A stretch of DNA of 64,000 nucleotides from Sulfurovum sp. (GTDB taxonomy: Bacteria > Campylobacterota > Campylobacteria > Campylobacterales > Sulfurovaceae): contig JAUZSQ010000081.1 in assembly GCA_030949325.1 (NCBI GenBank), positions 227 to 64,226 of the forward strand. Direction: 5' to 3'. Within the stretch, counting starts at the first letter, position 1, and every line of letters begins with the position of its first letter. Positions 33,696 to 45,105 of this stretch are shown here, in pieces. Both the position numbers and the translations under genes were made by a program. Below the pieces are notes generated by a model. The model was given only the letters and a program-made list of their open reading frames with translations. It had not been told where the DNA came from and did not search any database.

Positions 33696-34946
33696 ATGAA
33701 GAGAAAACCAAAAATCATCATCTTCTTATACAACCGATTCTTTGACCCCCTTATTCAATCGAATTTTTGGCTTTATATAAATGCTTTATTAGAAGATGAA
33801 AATTCTTCCTATACTTTTCATCTGATTACTTATGAAAATAGAGAATTTCCTTTAACTAATAGAGAATTAGCATTAGTTGAAGCATGGAAAGGCAAAGGGC
33901 TTGAATACTCAGCTTTAGAGTGGCATCAAGGTAGTGGACTCAAAGAAAAGTTTATAGATGTCTTTCATGGTTTTAGGCTTGTGTCTAGGCTTCGTTTTAA
34001 AGGTTACAATCATATTATGACACTAGGTTCAGTAGCAGGAACTTATGCGTATCTCTATGCTGTTATTTTACGAATGAAGCTTTTTTTGTATCAGTTTGAG
34101 CCTCATAGTGAGTATGCTTTGGATAATGGTATGTGGGCTAAGGAGAGTAATCAGTATAAGATTTCTCATTATTTAGAAAAGAAATCAGCCTTATTTGCTA
34201 CGACGATTGCCTCAGGTACGGCTATTTATGGAGGAACGGATTAAAGAATATTTGGAAATCTTCTGCTGATTTTTATACGCATTCCAACGGTAGCTAACGA
34301 TAAAAAGTTTTTGTTTAATCAAAAACTACGAGAAGAAACACGAAAAAGTTTGGGTATATCTGAGGACGCTTGGGTGCTTTATTATCCTGGTAAGTTCGGA
34401 GACTTGTACTATAAAGAAGCCTTTGCATGGATGTATAAGTGGCTCAAAGAAGAAGAGCCTCGCCTACATATGCTTATTGTCACACCTCATAGTGATGGAG
34501 AAGTGAGAGGGATTTTTGATAGGGCAGAAGTATTAGCCAAAGACTATAGTATTATTCATACATCTTATGATGAGATACACAAGTATCATTGTGCAGCAGA
34601 TTTTGCTATTATTTCTGTGCCTCCTGCACCTTCTAAGAAGTTTATTTCTAATATAAAAGTAGGAGAATATCTTTGTGCTGGATTGCCTTTTTTGATTACT
34701 AAGGGTGTCTCCGAAGATTATATTTACGCCAAGCAAAAAGATGTCGGTGTGGTGGTAGATGATTTTGTAGAGCAAGATATAAAGAATGCATGGTCTGAGA
34801 TTAAAGACTATTTGGAAAGAGATAAAAGTACTCTGCGTAAGCATTGTCGTGAGGTAGGTTTGGCTTATCGAGGTTTTGATGTGTTGAATGTGAAGTTTAA
34901 AGAGGCATTAGTGAGTTTGACTAAGGAGAAAAAACATGCTAAGTAA
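33696..34946 (+). CDS. GT4-like glycosyltransferase (frameshift near 34240)
   Basis: LYYPGKFG, KVGEYLCAGLPF. Confidence 0.72.
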
Positions 34947-35900
34947 CAAAGCAATACTCATCACAGGAGGTACTGGCTCTTTTGGTCGTGCTTTTATTAA
35001 GTATATTTTAGAGGAGTATTCTGATATAGAACGTATTGTTGTCTTTTCAAGAGATGAGCAGAAACAGTTTGAAATGGCGTTAGAATTTTCTCCTAAAGTC
35101 TATCCTATTCGTTATATTTTGGGAGATGTACGAGATAAAGCACAGCTTTATAGAGCTATGCAAGATATAGATATAGTGATACATTCGTCTGCAATGAAGC
35201 ATGTAGGGGCATCAGAACAAAACCCCATGGAGTGTGTGAAGACCAATATCCTAGGAAGTCAAAATATTATTGATGTGAGTTTAGAAAGAGGTGTGAAGCA
35301 AGTTATAGCACTCTCAACCGATAAATCAGTCAATCCTAGCAATGTCTATGGGGCTTCTAAACTCATATTAGAAAAACTTTTTATTTCTGCTGATGCACAA
35401 AAGATGGAAGAAGATATAAAGTTTTCTATTGTTCGATATGGGAATATATTTGGAAGTAAAGGCTCAGTGATTCCCCTTTTATAAAACAAAAACCTACTGG
35501 GATATTATCTATTACCGATGAAAATATGACACGCTTTAGCATGACACTACAAGAGAGTATTGATTTGGTGGTGTATGCTCTTAAACATGCTGGGGAGGAG
35601 AAATATTTATCCCTAATGCCCTTCTTATAAAACTTTGATGTTGCAGCTGTCGCTCCCGATGCTTTTTGTAGGCTCATTGGTGTACTGCCAAGGGGAAAAG
35701 CTAGATGAGGTGTTTTTCTTAGTGTTGAGTCTTATAATATAGCGATCAAAGATAATATTTTATATTTTATGCCCTGATGGAACTAGTTGGAATAAAGAGA
35801 GAGGTATTTAGCAAGGACAAGTGCTAAGTTCATTGGAAGATGGAGTTGGGTATAATTCTAAAATAATATGATTTCTTATCCTTAGATAAGATACAAAACA
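34936..35900 (+). pseudogene. UDP-GlcNAc 4,6-dehydratase, PseB/FlaA1-like; 3' third carries many indels
   Basis: ITGGTGSFG, SRDEQKQ, HSSAMKHV, STDKSVNP, VRYGNIFGSKGSVIP, then fragmented MTRF..GGEIFIP. Confidence 0.7.
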
Positions 35901-35915
35901 CTTATTGAAGATTGA

Positions 35916-36912
35916 ATGATGATAAATACTGATACATCCATTTGTCTTATTATCCCATATTTTGGAAAATGGCCTGTATATTTTGAATTATTTTTATTTA
36001 GCTTAGAAAAGCAAAAGAATTTAGAAGTTATTTTATTTACTGATATCAACTATACATCTGAAATACCTAAAAATATGACTATAATAAACTTCACTATAAA
36101 TGATTTTAACATATTAGCATCAAAAAAAATTAGATATGGATATTAGGGCTATGTCTCATAGAACTCTATAAATTATGTGATTTTAGACCAGCCTATGGAT
36201 TAATATTTGAAGATTATCTCATGGATTAGTTATTGGGCATTTGGTGATTTAGATTTAATTTATGGTGATATATTTGAATTATTACCTCTGATTGGAAGAA
36301 AGATGTACTAACTGAGAGGAATGGCTATCTGTTCTCTAACAATCTTTAAAAAATGATTATTCTATGAAATATATATTCCAAAGAAGTAAATCGTATAAAG
36401 AATGTTTTTTATCTTCTAGACATCAAGCTTTTGATGAATGTTGGAATCTTTATACTATACTTAGAGGTAAAAAGTCTGATTCTATTCTTTGTATACATAA
36501 ACAAGAATCTTTTACATGGGTAATAAGACAAGAAGAATATAAAAAAAAATTGAAAGCATTTTCTAAAAAATAATAAAAAGAATCCATTCCAAAAGATGAT
36601 TATCTACATTATTGTAATGGAATCTTGACACAAAAAGATGGGTTATCTTTTCTTTATTATCATTATATAACAGAAAAAAGGACTTATTTATTTCATTTCC
36701 CTGATTGGAAAGATATACCAAATGAATTTTATATTAATAATACAGGATTCTTTACTGTAGATGAATTTTTAACATGGAAATACTTTCCTATTCTGGGTTT
36801 AAGATTTATAAAGTCATATTTAAGTTTTATGTATTATTTTCCCTTTATATATATGTGCACCATGAATATAATGCTATCTCCTCTCGTTTCACTGTATCCT
36901 TCCTACATATAA
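35916..36912 (+). CDS. DUF6625-like protein (multiple frameshifts)
   Basis: IIPYFGKWP..ILFTD; manual frame YKLCDFRPAYGLIFEDY..WAFGDLDLIYGD. Confidence 0.65.
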
Positions 36913-37694
36913 TGCTCAAAAATATATAGAAGAAGCTATTGAATCGGTGATAAATCAAACATACATACATTGGGAACTTATCATCATTAATGATGGAAGT
37001 ACAGATAATACAAGTTCTTTAATAGCGTCATTTAGCGATACGCGTATTATCTCTTTAACGCAAGAGAATCAAGGTGTAAGTCATGCTCGAAATAGAGGTT
37101 TAGATATAGCTAAGGGAAAGTATATTACTTTTTTGGATGCTGATGATGTATTGCCTAGGCAGAGTATAGAAAAGAGATATCTATATTTAGAACAAAATAA
37201 AGATATTGATATAGTAGATGGTATTATTAATGTTAAAAATAGTACTTTAGACAGAAGATATTAGAGTGTATAAACCTTATTATACAGGAGTATTGTTACC
37301 TCGTTTATTGGCTTTAGATTCTAGAGTATTTTTTAATGTATCTTATATGTTTAATCGTAATATTTTAGGTCAGCATAGATTTAAAGTAGGGATGACACAT
37401 GTAGAAGATTTATTATTTTATTTGCTATTATCAATACAAAAAAATATAAAATATGGATATATAGCAGAGAGTATTTATATTTATAGGAGTGGAAATTCTT
37501 CAGCTATGATGGATTTAGATGGTTTAGAAGAGGGGTATATTATATTTCTTCAGGAGATAAAAGGTAAGATATCAAATCTAGCTTATTTCTATTTAAAAGT
37601 AAAGATACTTAAAATTATGTTTTTGAGTTGGCTTAGCCATAAAGAGCTTATTTTAGGAATCAAGAGTTTATGGCATCTGTTAGTACAAAAGTAA
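36871..37694 (+). CDS. GT2 glycosyltransferase (frameshifted)
   Basis: PTYNAQKYI, INDGSTD, NQGVSHARN, FLDADD. Confidence 0.82.
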
Positions 37695-37706
37695 ATGTTG
37701 TAAAAA

Positions 37707-38786
37707 ATGAAACTCCTAGCCCTCCCAAAATACTCTAAAGAAGCACCCTCTAGTCGATATAGAGTCTATAATTATCAAAAATATTTTGCTAAAAATCATA
37801 TCAATATGACGATAAAACCATTTTTCTCTTCATCCTATTTAAATACTACAAATAAAATCATAAAAAGTCTTATTGTGATTTATTCTTATAGTAAAAGATT
37901 TTTTTTGTTAGTCTTTATATTAAGCTTTAAAAGGAGATATGCGTTAGTCTTAATAGAATATGAGTTGTTTCCCTATTTCCCCTCGTACTTTGAGTATTTA
38001 CTTCAAAAAAGAGGGATAAAGTATCTAGTAGATTATGATGATGCACTTTTTCATAAATATGAAGATTTTCCTATGCTTAAAGATAAAATAGCCAAAGTGA
38101 TGGGTTATGCTGATACGGTGATTGTTTGTAATTCTTATTTAGAAGCCTATGCCAAACTTTATCAAAAAGCAGTGTTTAAAATACCTACGGTAGTATCTGT
38201 AACTAGGTATAGGGAGAAGAAAAAAATGTATATTTCTAAAGATGAAACAACTTTTGTGATGGGTTGGATAGGTTCAAAAACCACGAGTCCTTATGTCTTG
38301 GCTATTTTGCCTGTGATGGAAAGAATATATCATAAATATAGCAATGTTATTTTGCATCTTGTAGGATTTGATGAGAGTATCTTGTCTAAAGAAGAAAAAG
38401 CATTAGCCTATATTAAAGTCATTGCATGGAGAGAAGATACGGAGATAGAGGAGATTTTAGCCTTTGATATAGGGATAATGCCTTTGCCTGATGATAAGTG
38501 GGCTAGGGGAAAGTGTGCTTTTAAGTTGATACAATATATGTCAGCCCAAAAAGCTGTGATAGCTTCACCTATAGGGATGAATACATCGCTTATCAAAGAG
38601 GGTATCAATGGTTTTCTACCTTCAAATGATGATGCGTGGTTTGAGGCTTTTAAAACACTATATTTAAGTCCAAACTTGAGAGAAACCATGGCAAAAAATA
38701 ATTTTGAGAAAATACAAAAGTTTTATAGCGATACTTTACAGGCAAGGCGTTATATGGAATTAATCAAGAGGATAAGTAATGTTTAG
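37707..38786 (+). CDS. GT4 glycosyltransferase
   Basis: SSRYRVY, DYDDA, GWIGS, KCAFKLIQYM. Confidence 0.88.
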   Translation: MKLLALPKYSKEAPSSRYRVYNYQKYFAKNHINMTIKPFFSSSYLNTTNKIIKSLIVIYSYSKRFFLLVFILSFKRRYALVLIEYELFPYFPSYFEYLLQKRGIKYLVDYDDALFHKYEDFPMLKDKIAKVMGYADTVIVCNSYLEAYAKLYQKAVFKIPTVVSVTRYREKKKMYISKDETTFVMGWIGSKTTSPYVLAILPVMERIYHKYSNVILHLVGFDESILSKEEKALAYIKVIAWREDTEIEEILAFDIGIMPLPDDKWARGKCAFKLIQYMSAQKAVIASPIGMNTSLIKEGINGFLPSNDDAWFEAFKTLYLSPNLRETMAKNNFEKIQKFYSDTLQARRYMELIKRISNV

Positions 38787-39831
38787 CTACCTCTTCCTCT
38801 ATCTCATCGCTTCATTCTCAGCCATGAGTATTGCCCACAGGACAGTGATTCGTTCGAGTACGCTAGTGTGGACTTTTATGGGGATGCTACTGACGATAAT
38901 GATTGGGTGGAGACATCATGTTGGGGGAGATTGGAATAATTATTTAAGGCGTTTTCGTGATATAGCAGATGCTTCTTTTACTTACACCATGGAACAATCT
39001 GATATGGGGTATCAATTACTTGTCTATTGGATGAATGCATGGGGATTTGATATTTATGCTGTGAATTTTCTCTCAGCTATGCTTTTTGTCACAGGACTTA
39101 TCGCTCTTTTGCGTAGAGAACTCAATCCTTGGCTAGGACTGACTGTAGCGATTCCTTATTTGATTATCGTGGTATCTATGGGATATACGCGTCAAGGGGT
39201 GGCTGTGGGGCTTGTGATGTGGGGCTTGGCTTCTTTGGATAAAAAGCAGTTTATTCGTTTTCTCTTTTTTATTGCTTTGGCAGCGTCTTTTCATAAATCT
39301 GCTGTACTGATGATAGCCTTTGGGATATTTAGCCATGGCAAAGGTAAATGGCTCAAAGCTTTAGCCGTATTGTTTGCAGGTATGGGGATATGGCTTTCTT
39401 TTGTAGAAACTGATTCTGCTGATTTATGGAAAAACTATGTCGAAGCCCAAATGCAATCCCAAGGTGCATTGATACGCGTGATTCTCAATTTTCTTCCTGC
39501 TTTGCTACTCTTGGCTTTTCGTAAACAATGGAAAATGTATTTTAATGATTATACTCTATGGTTTATGGTGGCTTTGGCCTCTATTGCTAGTGTGGTGGCT
39601 GTAAATTTTGCTTCTACAGCAGTCGATAGAATGGCTTTGTATTTTATTCCTATTCAAATCATCGTCTATGCAAGGTTGCCCTTTCTTGCTAGGCATCTGC
39701 TTTCTCCTAAAGTAACCACGATACTGATAGTGCTTTTTTATGGAGCAGTACTCTTGGTATGGCTCAATTACGCAGTCAATGCTAGGTATTGGCTACCTTA
39801 TAAGAATATGTTGTTTATGGGCTTGTTTTAG
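38779..39831 (+). CDS. wzy: EpsG-family polysaccharide polymerase (Wzy)
   Basis: GWRHHVGGDW..Y, GYTRQGVA, FHKSA, DRMALYF..Y.PY; about 10 TM. Confidence 0.82.
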   Translation: MFSYLFLYLIASFSAMSIAHRTVIRSSTLVWTFMGMLLTIMIGWRHHVGGDWNNYLRRFRDIADASFTYTMEQSDMGYQLLVYWMNAWGFDIYAVNFLSAMLFVTGLIALLRRELNPWLGLTVAIPYLIIVVSMGYTRQGVAVGLVMWGLASLDKKQFIRFLFFIALAASFHKSAVLMIAFGIFSHGKGKWLKALAVLFAGMGIWLSFVETDSADLWKNYVEAQMQSQGALIRVILNFLPALLLLAFRKQWKMYFNDYTLWFMVALASIASVVAVNFASTAVDRMALYFIPIQIIVYARLPFLARHLLSPKVTTILIVLFYGAVLLVWLNYAVNARYWLPYKNMLFMGLF

Positions 39832-41737
39832 ATGTGTGGTATTGTAGGATTCTTGGGCAAGAGAAAAGCACCCCAAGTAGTAGAAAAAATGCTTGAAACC
39901 CAAGCCCATAGAGGAAGAGATGGTAGAGGCATTTGGATGGATGAAATCGCCCAAAAATTTGTGCATTTAGGCCATAACCGTTTGGCTATCCAAGATACCA
40001 GTAGCGATGGACATCAGCCTTTTGTCTCTTCTTGTGGGGAGTATATCCTTGTCTTTAACGGAGAGGTTTATAATTTTAAAGTAATACGCATAGAGTTAGA
40101 AAAGTTAGGGTATGCTTTTGTTTCCCAAAGTGATACTGAAGTGATACTCTATGCCTATAAAGCATGGGGCATAGGCTGTTTGGAAAAGTTTATCGGTATG
40201 TTTGCTTTTTGTCTTGTGGATAAAAAGGCAAATAAAATGTATCTAGTGCGTGATAGGGCAGGGGTTAAACCCTTGTATTATTATGCCCTAGAGGAGAAGT
40301 TTATTTTTTCGTCTGAAATTAAATCTTTTCATAGACATCAAGGATTTACTAAGGTTTTGCATAAAGAAGTCTTGCCTTATTATTTCCAAATGGGATATAT
40401 TCCTGCTCCTCATAGTATTTTCAAAAACCTGTATAAACTTGAAGCAGGAAAGTATCTATGTTATGATTTGGCAAAAAATACGTATGAAAAGATAGTATAT
40501 TGGGAAGTCTCTAACTATTATCAAAAAGAAAAGTTTGATAATAGTGAAGCAGAAATACTCAATGACCTAGAGACGCTTCTCGAAGATGCTGTATCTCAGC
40601 GTATGGTCTCAGATGTCCCTGTGGGGATATTTCTCAGTGGGGGATACGATTCTTCTTTGGTCACTGCACTTTTGGCTCAAAATCACAAAGACTTACACAC
40701 TTTTACGATAGGATTTAATGATAAAAACTACAATGAAGCCCAAGATGCCAAGCAAATAGCTTCTTATCTAGGGACAAAGCATGAAGAATATTATGTCGAT
40801 AATAAAGACCTATTGTCCAATATAGAATCTTTGCCGTTTTATTATGATGAGCCTTTTGGAGACAGTTCTGCTTTGCCTACGATGCTAGTGTCCAAACTGG
40901 CAAGTCAAAAAGTCAAAGTGGTACTTTCTGCTGATGGTGGAGATGAGAGCTTTTGTGGTTATAGCAAATATTTCTTTTTGGAGAAGTTTTCTAGTGTTTT
41001 TAGCTCTCATTTTAGGAAAATACTCCTAAAACATACACTAAATAACATTTCGGCAAAACGCATGGGACAAATCAACAATTTTTTTGCCCAAAGCCTATAA
41101 GCAAAGTAATATCCAAGATAAATATCATAAATTTAAAAGAGCTTTTGATAGCGATTCTTTTGCACAAATGTTTTTGGAAGCTTCTTCTCCTGTGAGTCCT
41201 AATGAGGTCAAAAAACTATTGAAAGTAGCAGAGGATAGCCAGTATTTTGATAGGTTTAAGGCTGTGGAGAAATCACAGCTACTTGATACGATGATGAAAA
41301 TAGATTATCAAAGCTATTTGCCCGATGACATACTTACCAAAGTAGATAGAGCCACGATGTCAGCGACGATTGAAGGTAGAGAACCTCTGCTTGACCATCG
41401 TTTGATAGAGTATTTGGCAAGAGTGCCTATAGCGATTAAATACAAAAATAAACAGCCCAAATACTTAGCACGGCAAATTTTATATCAATATATCCCTCCC
41501 AAACTCATAGACAAGCCCAAAGTAGGATTTCAAGTGCCTTTACAAGAGTGGCTCACCCATGACCTTAAATACTTGCTAGAAAAATATTTGGATACTGCTA
41601 AAATAGACGATGAAATATTTGATAAATCTGAGATAGAACGCATCAAAAAATCCCTCTACGCAGGAGATGTACGAGAGGTCAATAAAATATGGTTCATACT
41701 CATGTATGAAATGTGGAAGGAGAAATGGTTTGGCTAA
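39832..41737 (+). CDS. asnB: Glutamine-hydrolysing asparagine synthase-like amidotransferase (frameshift near 41085)
   Basis: MCGIVG Ntn Cys, LGHNRL, FNGEVYN, LSGGYDSS, SADGGDE, KVDRATM. Confidence 0.9.
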
Positions 41738-42862
41738 AACACAGGCTAAAACCCTAGCTATCGTCCTTAATACGTCATGGAATATCTACAATTTTCGTAT
41801 AGGATTGTTAAAGGCTTTACAAGATGAGGGCTATAAAATCATAGCCATTGCACCAAGAGATGAATATTCTCATAAATTGGAAGCGTTGGGCTTTAGTTAT
41901 CATGATATTAAGATGAATAACAAAGGCACAAATCCACTAGAAGAGTTGAGGCTTTTATGGCGTTTTTATAGGCTGTATAAGCAGATAAAACCTGATGTAC
42001 TTTTGCATTATACAATTAAGCCCAATATCTATGGTTCTTTAGCAGGGGCAGGGCTCAATATCCCTATGATTTCCAATATCTCTGGTTTGGGTACAGTATT
42101 TTTAGATGAGGCTTTTTCTTCCAAGGTTGCACGGTGGCTTTATCGTATCGCACTCAAATCTGTGCCTAAAGTCTTTTTTTCAAAATAATGAAGATGAGAA
42201 GCTATTTATGGATTTGGGTTTGATAGCGTCTAACAAAAGTGAAGTACTCGCAGGTTCAGGTATCAATACGCAAATTTTTATGCCTATACAAAAAGCTCCC
42301 AATGAGCATATCACTTTTTTTGTTTATTGCACGATTGCTTAGAGACAAAGGTTTGATGGAATATGTAGAAGCATCACAGCTTTTATCCCAAAAGTACCCA
42401 GTAAAATGCCATATATTAGGTGCATATTATCCAAACAATCCTACAGCCATCACAGCAGAGGTTATGCACAAATGGGAAGCAGACGGAGCTGTCGAGTACT
42501 TGGGGGTGAGTGATGATGTAGCTTCTCATATAGCCAAAGCTGATTGTGTGGTATTGCCCTCTTATCGTGAAGGACTATCGCGTGTATTACTAGAATCTGC
42601 TTCTATGGAAAAACCTCTCATAACGAGCAATGTAGCAGGATGTAAAGAGCTAGTAGATGAGGGGAGTAATGGCTATTTATGTGAAGTAAAAAATAGCTAT
42701 TCTCTCTTTATCGCTATGGAAAAGATGTATCATTTAAGCCATGAAGAACGAGAAGAAATGGGAAAAAGAGGACGAGAAAAAGTCATAAAAGAGTTTGATG
42801 AGAAATTAGTGATTGATAAGTATAAAGAAGCTTTAGCCAAAATACTTCATCATCAAGCGTAA
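41730..42862 (+). CDS. GT4 glycosyltransferase, PglA/WbpU-like (frameshift near 42180)
   Basis: NFRIGLL, YTIKPNIYG, PSYREGLSRVLLE. Confidence 0.85.
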
Positions 42863-43996
42863 AGGGCGTAAGAGAGGATAGAGAAATCTTAAGTAGGAAG
42901 GCAGTTGTATCCATTTGAAATCGTCGAACTTTGCTGTAAAAAGTCCAAACCATAGTACACGCATTTTATCTTGATATTTTTCTCGCATAGTGCATAATAG
43001 GATGAGATGATAATAGCTCTTGGGAGGGGTATTGCTTCGTTGAAAGTCAATGAGTATGCTTGTGAGTTTAGCTACCTTTGTGTCTTGATGTATAAAGTCG
43101 TGTATCTCTTGTGGTAGAGGAGAATCTAAGAGTGTATGTGAGAGTGAGAGACTCAGCAGTACGATACGGTAGATACCCAAGGCTTTGGCATCTGCTAAGA
43201 GAGCATCCCATGGTATAGGATAAGTAACTCTAAGTGAACGGTCAATATCACAAACCCATGACAAGCGTTCAAAAAGATGTTTACTTCCATGCAGACAAAG
43301 ATAAAGAAACTGTTGTTTAAAAGCTAAGGTAGGTAAGTCATAGCTAGGGGTAGGTACAAAGGATATATTTTTCCATAGTTGCTCTTCTTCCCAAGATACG
43401 GCATAATTTTGGGAGAGTAATTTCCAATGTATTTCTATTAATATACTTTTATCAGGTGTATAAAATCCTATGACATTGACATAAGAAATAAAGGTTTTTT
43501 TTGTAGCCTCAGTCAAAGGAAGTTGAGGTATATAGCCTTCTTTTTTCATCATCCTAATCATACTTTGCTTGTCTCTTATATGAATCAGTATATCTATATC
43601 TCCAAATTGACGTAAGGTGAGGTTACCATAGAGAGTATATGCCAAAGCAGAACCTTTTAGAGCCAAGACAGGAAAGTAATGTGTTTTAAAGAGTGTGACT
43701 AGCTGTACAAGATGCGAAGTCATTGCAAGGTTTCGTTGTATGATATGTGTATAATAGGGTTTGAGTACTCTACATAGGCTATGCTTGGGTACGATAGCTT
43801 TGAGCGTGGTATAAAGTAGAGGCAGTACGGCATGTTTATAGGCTAAGTCTCTTAGCACAAGAGGGTCTATATGGCTATCATTTAGCATCGTTTTAATCGT
43901 ACTTTTATCTTCACTAGAGAGTAAGGATTTGCAACAATAGAGTAAAAGGATACGTTCATTGGTATTTTGATTTTTCATAATCATGATTATACTCAA
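42833..43996 (-). CDS. Nucleotidyltransferase family protein (NTP_transf_5-like)
   Basis: LALKG..LY....RQFGDIDIL, IEIHW, HGSKH..RLSWVCDI. Confidence 0.8.
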   Translation of the reverse strand: MSIIMIMKNQNTNERILLLYCCKSLLSSEDKSTIKTMLNDSHIDPLVLRDLAYKHAVLPLLYTTLKAIVPKHSLCRVLKPYYTHIIQRNLAMTSHLVQLVTLFKTHYFPVLALKGSALAYTLYGNLTLRQFGDIDILIHIRDKQSMIRMMKKEGYIPQLPLTEATKKTFISYVNVIGFYTPDKSILIEIHWKLLSQNYAVSWEEEQLWKNISFVPTPSYDLPTLAFKQQFLYLCLHGSKHLFERLSWVCDIDRSLRVTYPIPWDALLADAKALGIYRIVLLSLSLSHTLLDSPLPQEIHDFIHQDTKVAKLTSILIDFQRSNTPPKSYYHLILLCTMREKYQDKMRVLWFGLFTAKFDDFKWIQLPSYLRFLYPLLRPLRLMMKYFG

Positions 43997-44033
43997 TTTA
44001 GTGTAAAATATTCAAAATACTTAAGGGAGTACT

Positions 44034-44729
44034 GTGTTTCTCTATCAACCTACTTCAGGATATTGTTATAATAGTGATTCGATTTTTTTGTATCAGTTTA
44101 TCTCTAGATTTAAGCCCAAAGGTACATTATTGGATGTAGGTTGTGGTGTAGGGATTATCTCTTTACTCTTAAGCCGTGACTTTAAGATTGAGACGAGTAT
44201 TATTGATAAGCAAGAAAGTATGCTTAGATATGCTAGACATAACTATCAGCTCAATCATTTAGTCACCCAAAGTTACTTAGGGGATTTTAGTCAATTTCAA
44301 ACGCAGGAGCGTTATGATTATATTATTTCCAATCCTCCTTTTTATGATGTAAATGTACAACAGAGTCAAAATATACATCTCAATACGGCACGTTATGCAC
44401 AGCATTTACCCCTAGAAAGCTTTATTCAAAATGTCAAAAAACCTCTGAGTCCTAGAGGATGGTTTATTTTTTGTTATGATGCCAAACAGATAGATAGGGT
44501 TTTGGTTATACTTAAAGCACAAGGACTAAATCCTGAGAAAATACAATTTGTACATTCCAAACTCGAAAGAGACTCAAAGTTAGTGATGGTATCAGCACGG
44601 AATAATTCTAAGTCTATGACACAAGTATTAGCCCCATTCATCGTCTTTGATGAAGCCAATCACTATAGAACAGAGGCACAAAAAGCACTAGATGATGCCC
44701 ATACACATAGTATTAAAGGAGATTTTTAA
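44034..44729 (+). CDS. tRNA1(Val) A37 N6-methyltransferase-like SAM-dependent MTase
   Basis: YQPTSGYCYNSDS, LDVGCGVG, ISNPPFY, ARY. Confidence 0.8.
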   Translation: MFLYQPTSGYCYNSDSIFLYQFISRFKPKGTLLDVGCGVGIISLLLSRDFKIETSIIDKQESMLRYARHNYQLNHLVTQSYLGDFSQFQTQERYDYIISNPPFYDVNVQQSQNIHLNTARYAQHLPLESFIQNVKKPLSPRGWFIFCYDAKQIDRVLVILKAQGLNPEKIQFVHSKLERDSKLVMVSARNNSKSMTQVLAPFIVFDEANHYRTEAQKALDDAHTHSIKGDF

Positions 44730-44730
44730 G

Positions 44731-45105
44731 ATGAATGTTTTATCCAAAGAGGGATATGATTTTAGGTTTGATAGTAGTGCTTGTGAAGCCTGTGGTGGAC
44801 ATTGCTGTACAGGAGAGAGTGGTTACATTTGGACAAAATATCCTGAGATACAAAATATTGCAACCTTTGTTAACCTTTCTGTAGAAGAGTTTGCTACAAT
44901 GTACCTAAGAAAAGTCAAACATCGCTACTCTCTTATTGAAAAACAGATTGCACCCAATAACTATGCTTGTATATTTTTTGATGAGAGTATAAAACGCTGT
45001 ACCATTTATCCTGTACGACCTCTTCAGTGTCGTACATTTCCATTTTGGGAACAGTATAAACATGAGGAAGAAGAGGTACGTCAAGAGTGTCCAGGAATAC
45101 TATAG
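44731..45105 (+). CDS. YkgJ-family cysteine cluster protein
   Basis: CEACGGHCC, CIFFD, CTIYPVRPLQCRTFPFW. Confidence 0.88.
   Translation: MNVLSKEGYDFRFDSSACEACGGHCCTGESGYIWTKYPEIQNIATFVNLSVEEFATMYLRKVKHRYSLIEKQIAPNNYACIFFDESIKRCTIYPVRPLQCRTFPFWEQYKHEEEEVRQECPGIL

Noticed and set aside
24068-42862. Campylobacter-style poly-G phase variation
   Set aside because: No G/C tract of 8 or more seen; breaks are short runs like those in housekeeping genes
39832-43996. Lasso-peptide cluster (AsnB-like plus NTP_transf_5)
   Set aside because: AsnB keeps the Ntn Cys (MCGIVG) and glutaminase domain; no precursor, PqqD/RRE or B2 peptidase; context is a glycan locus
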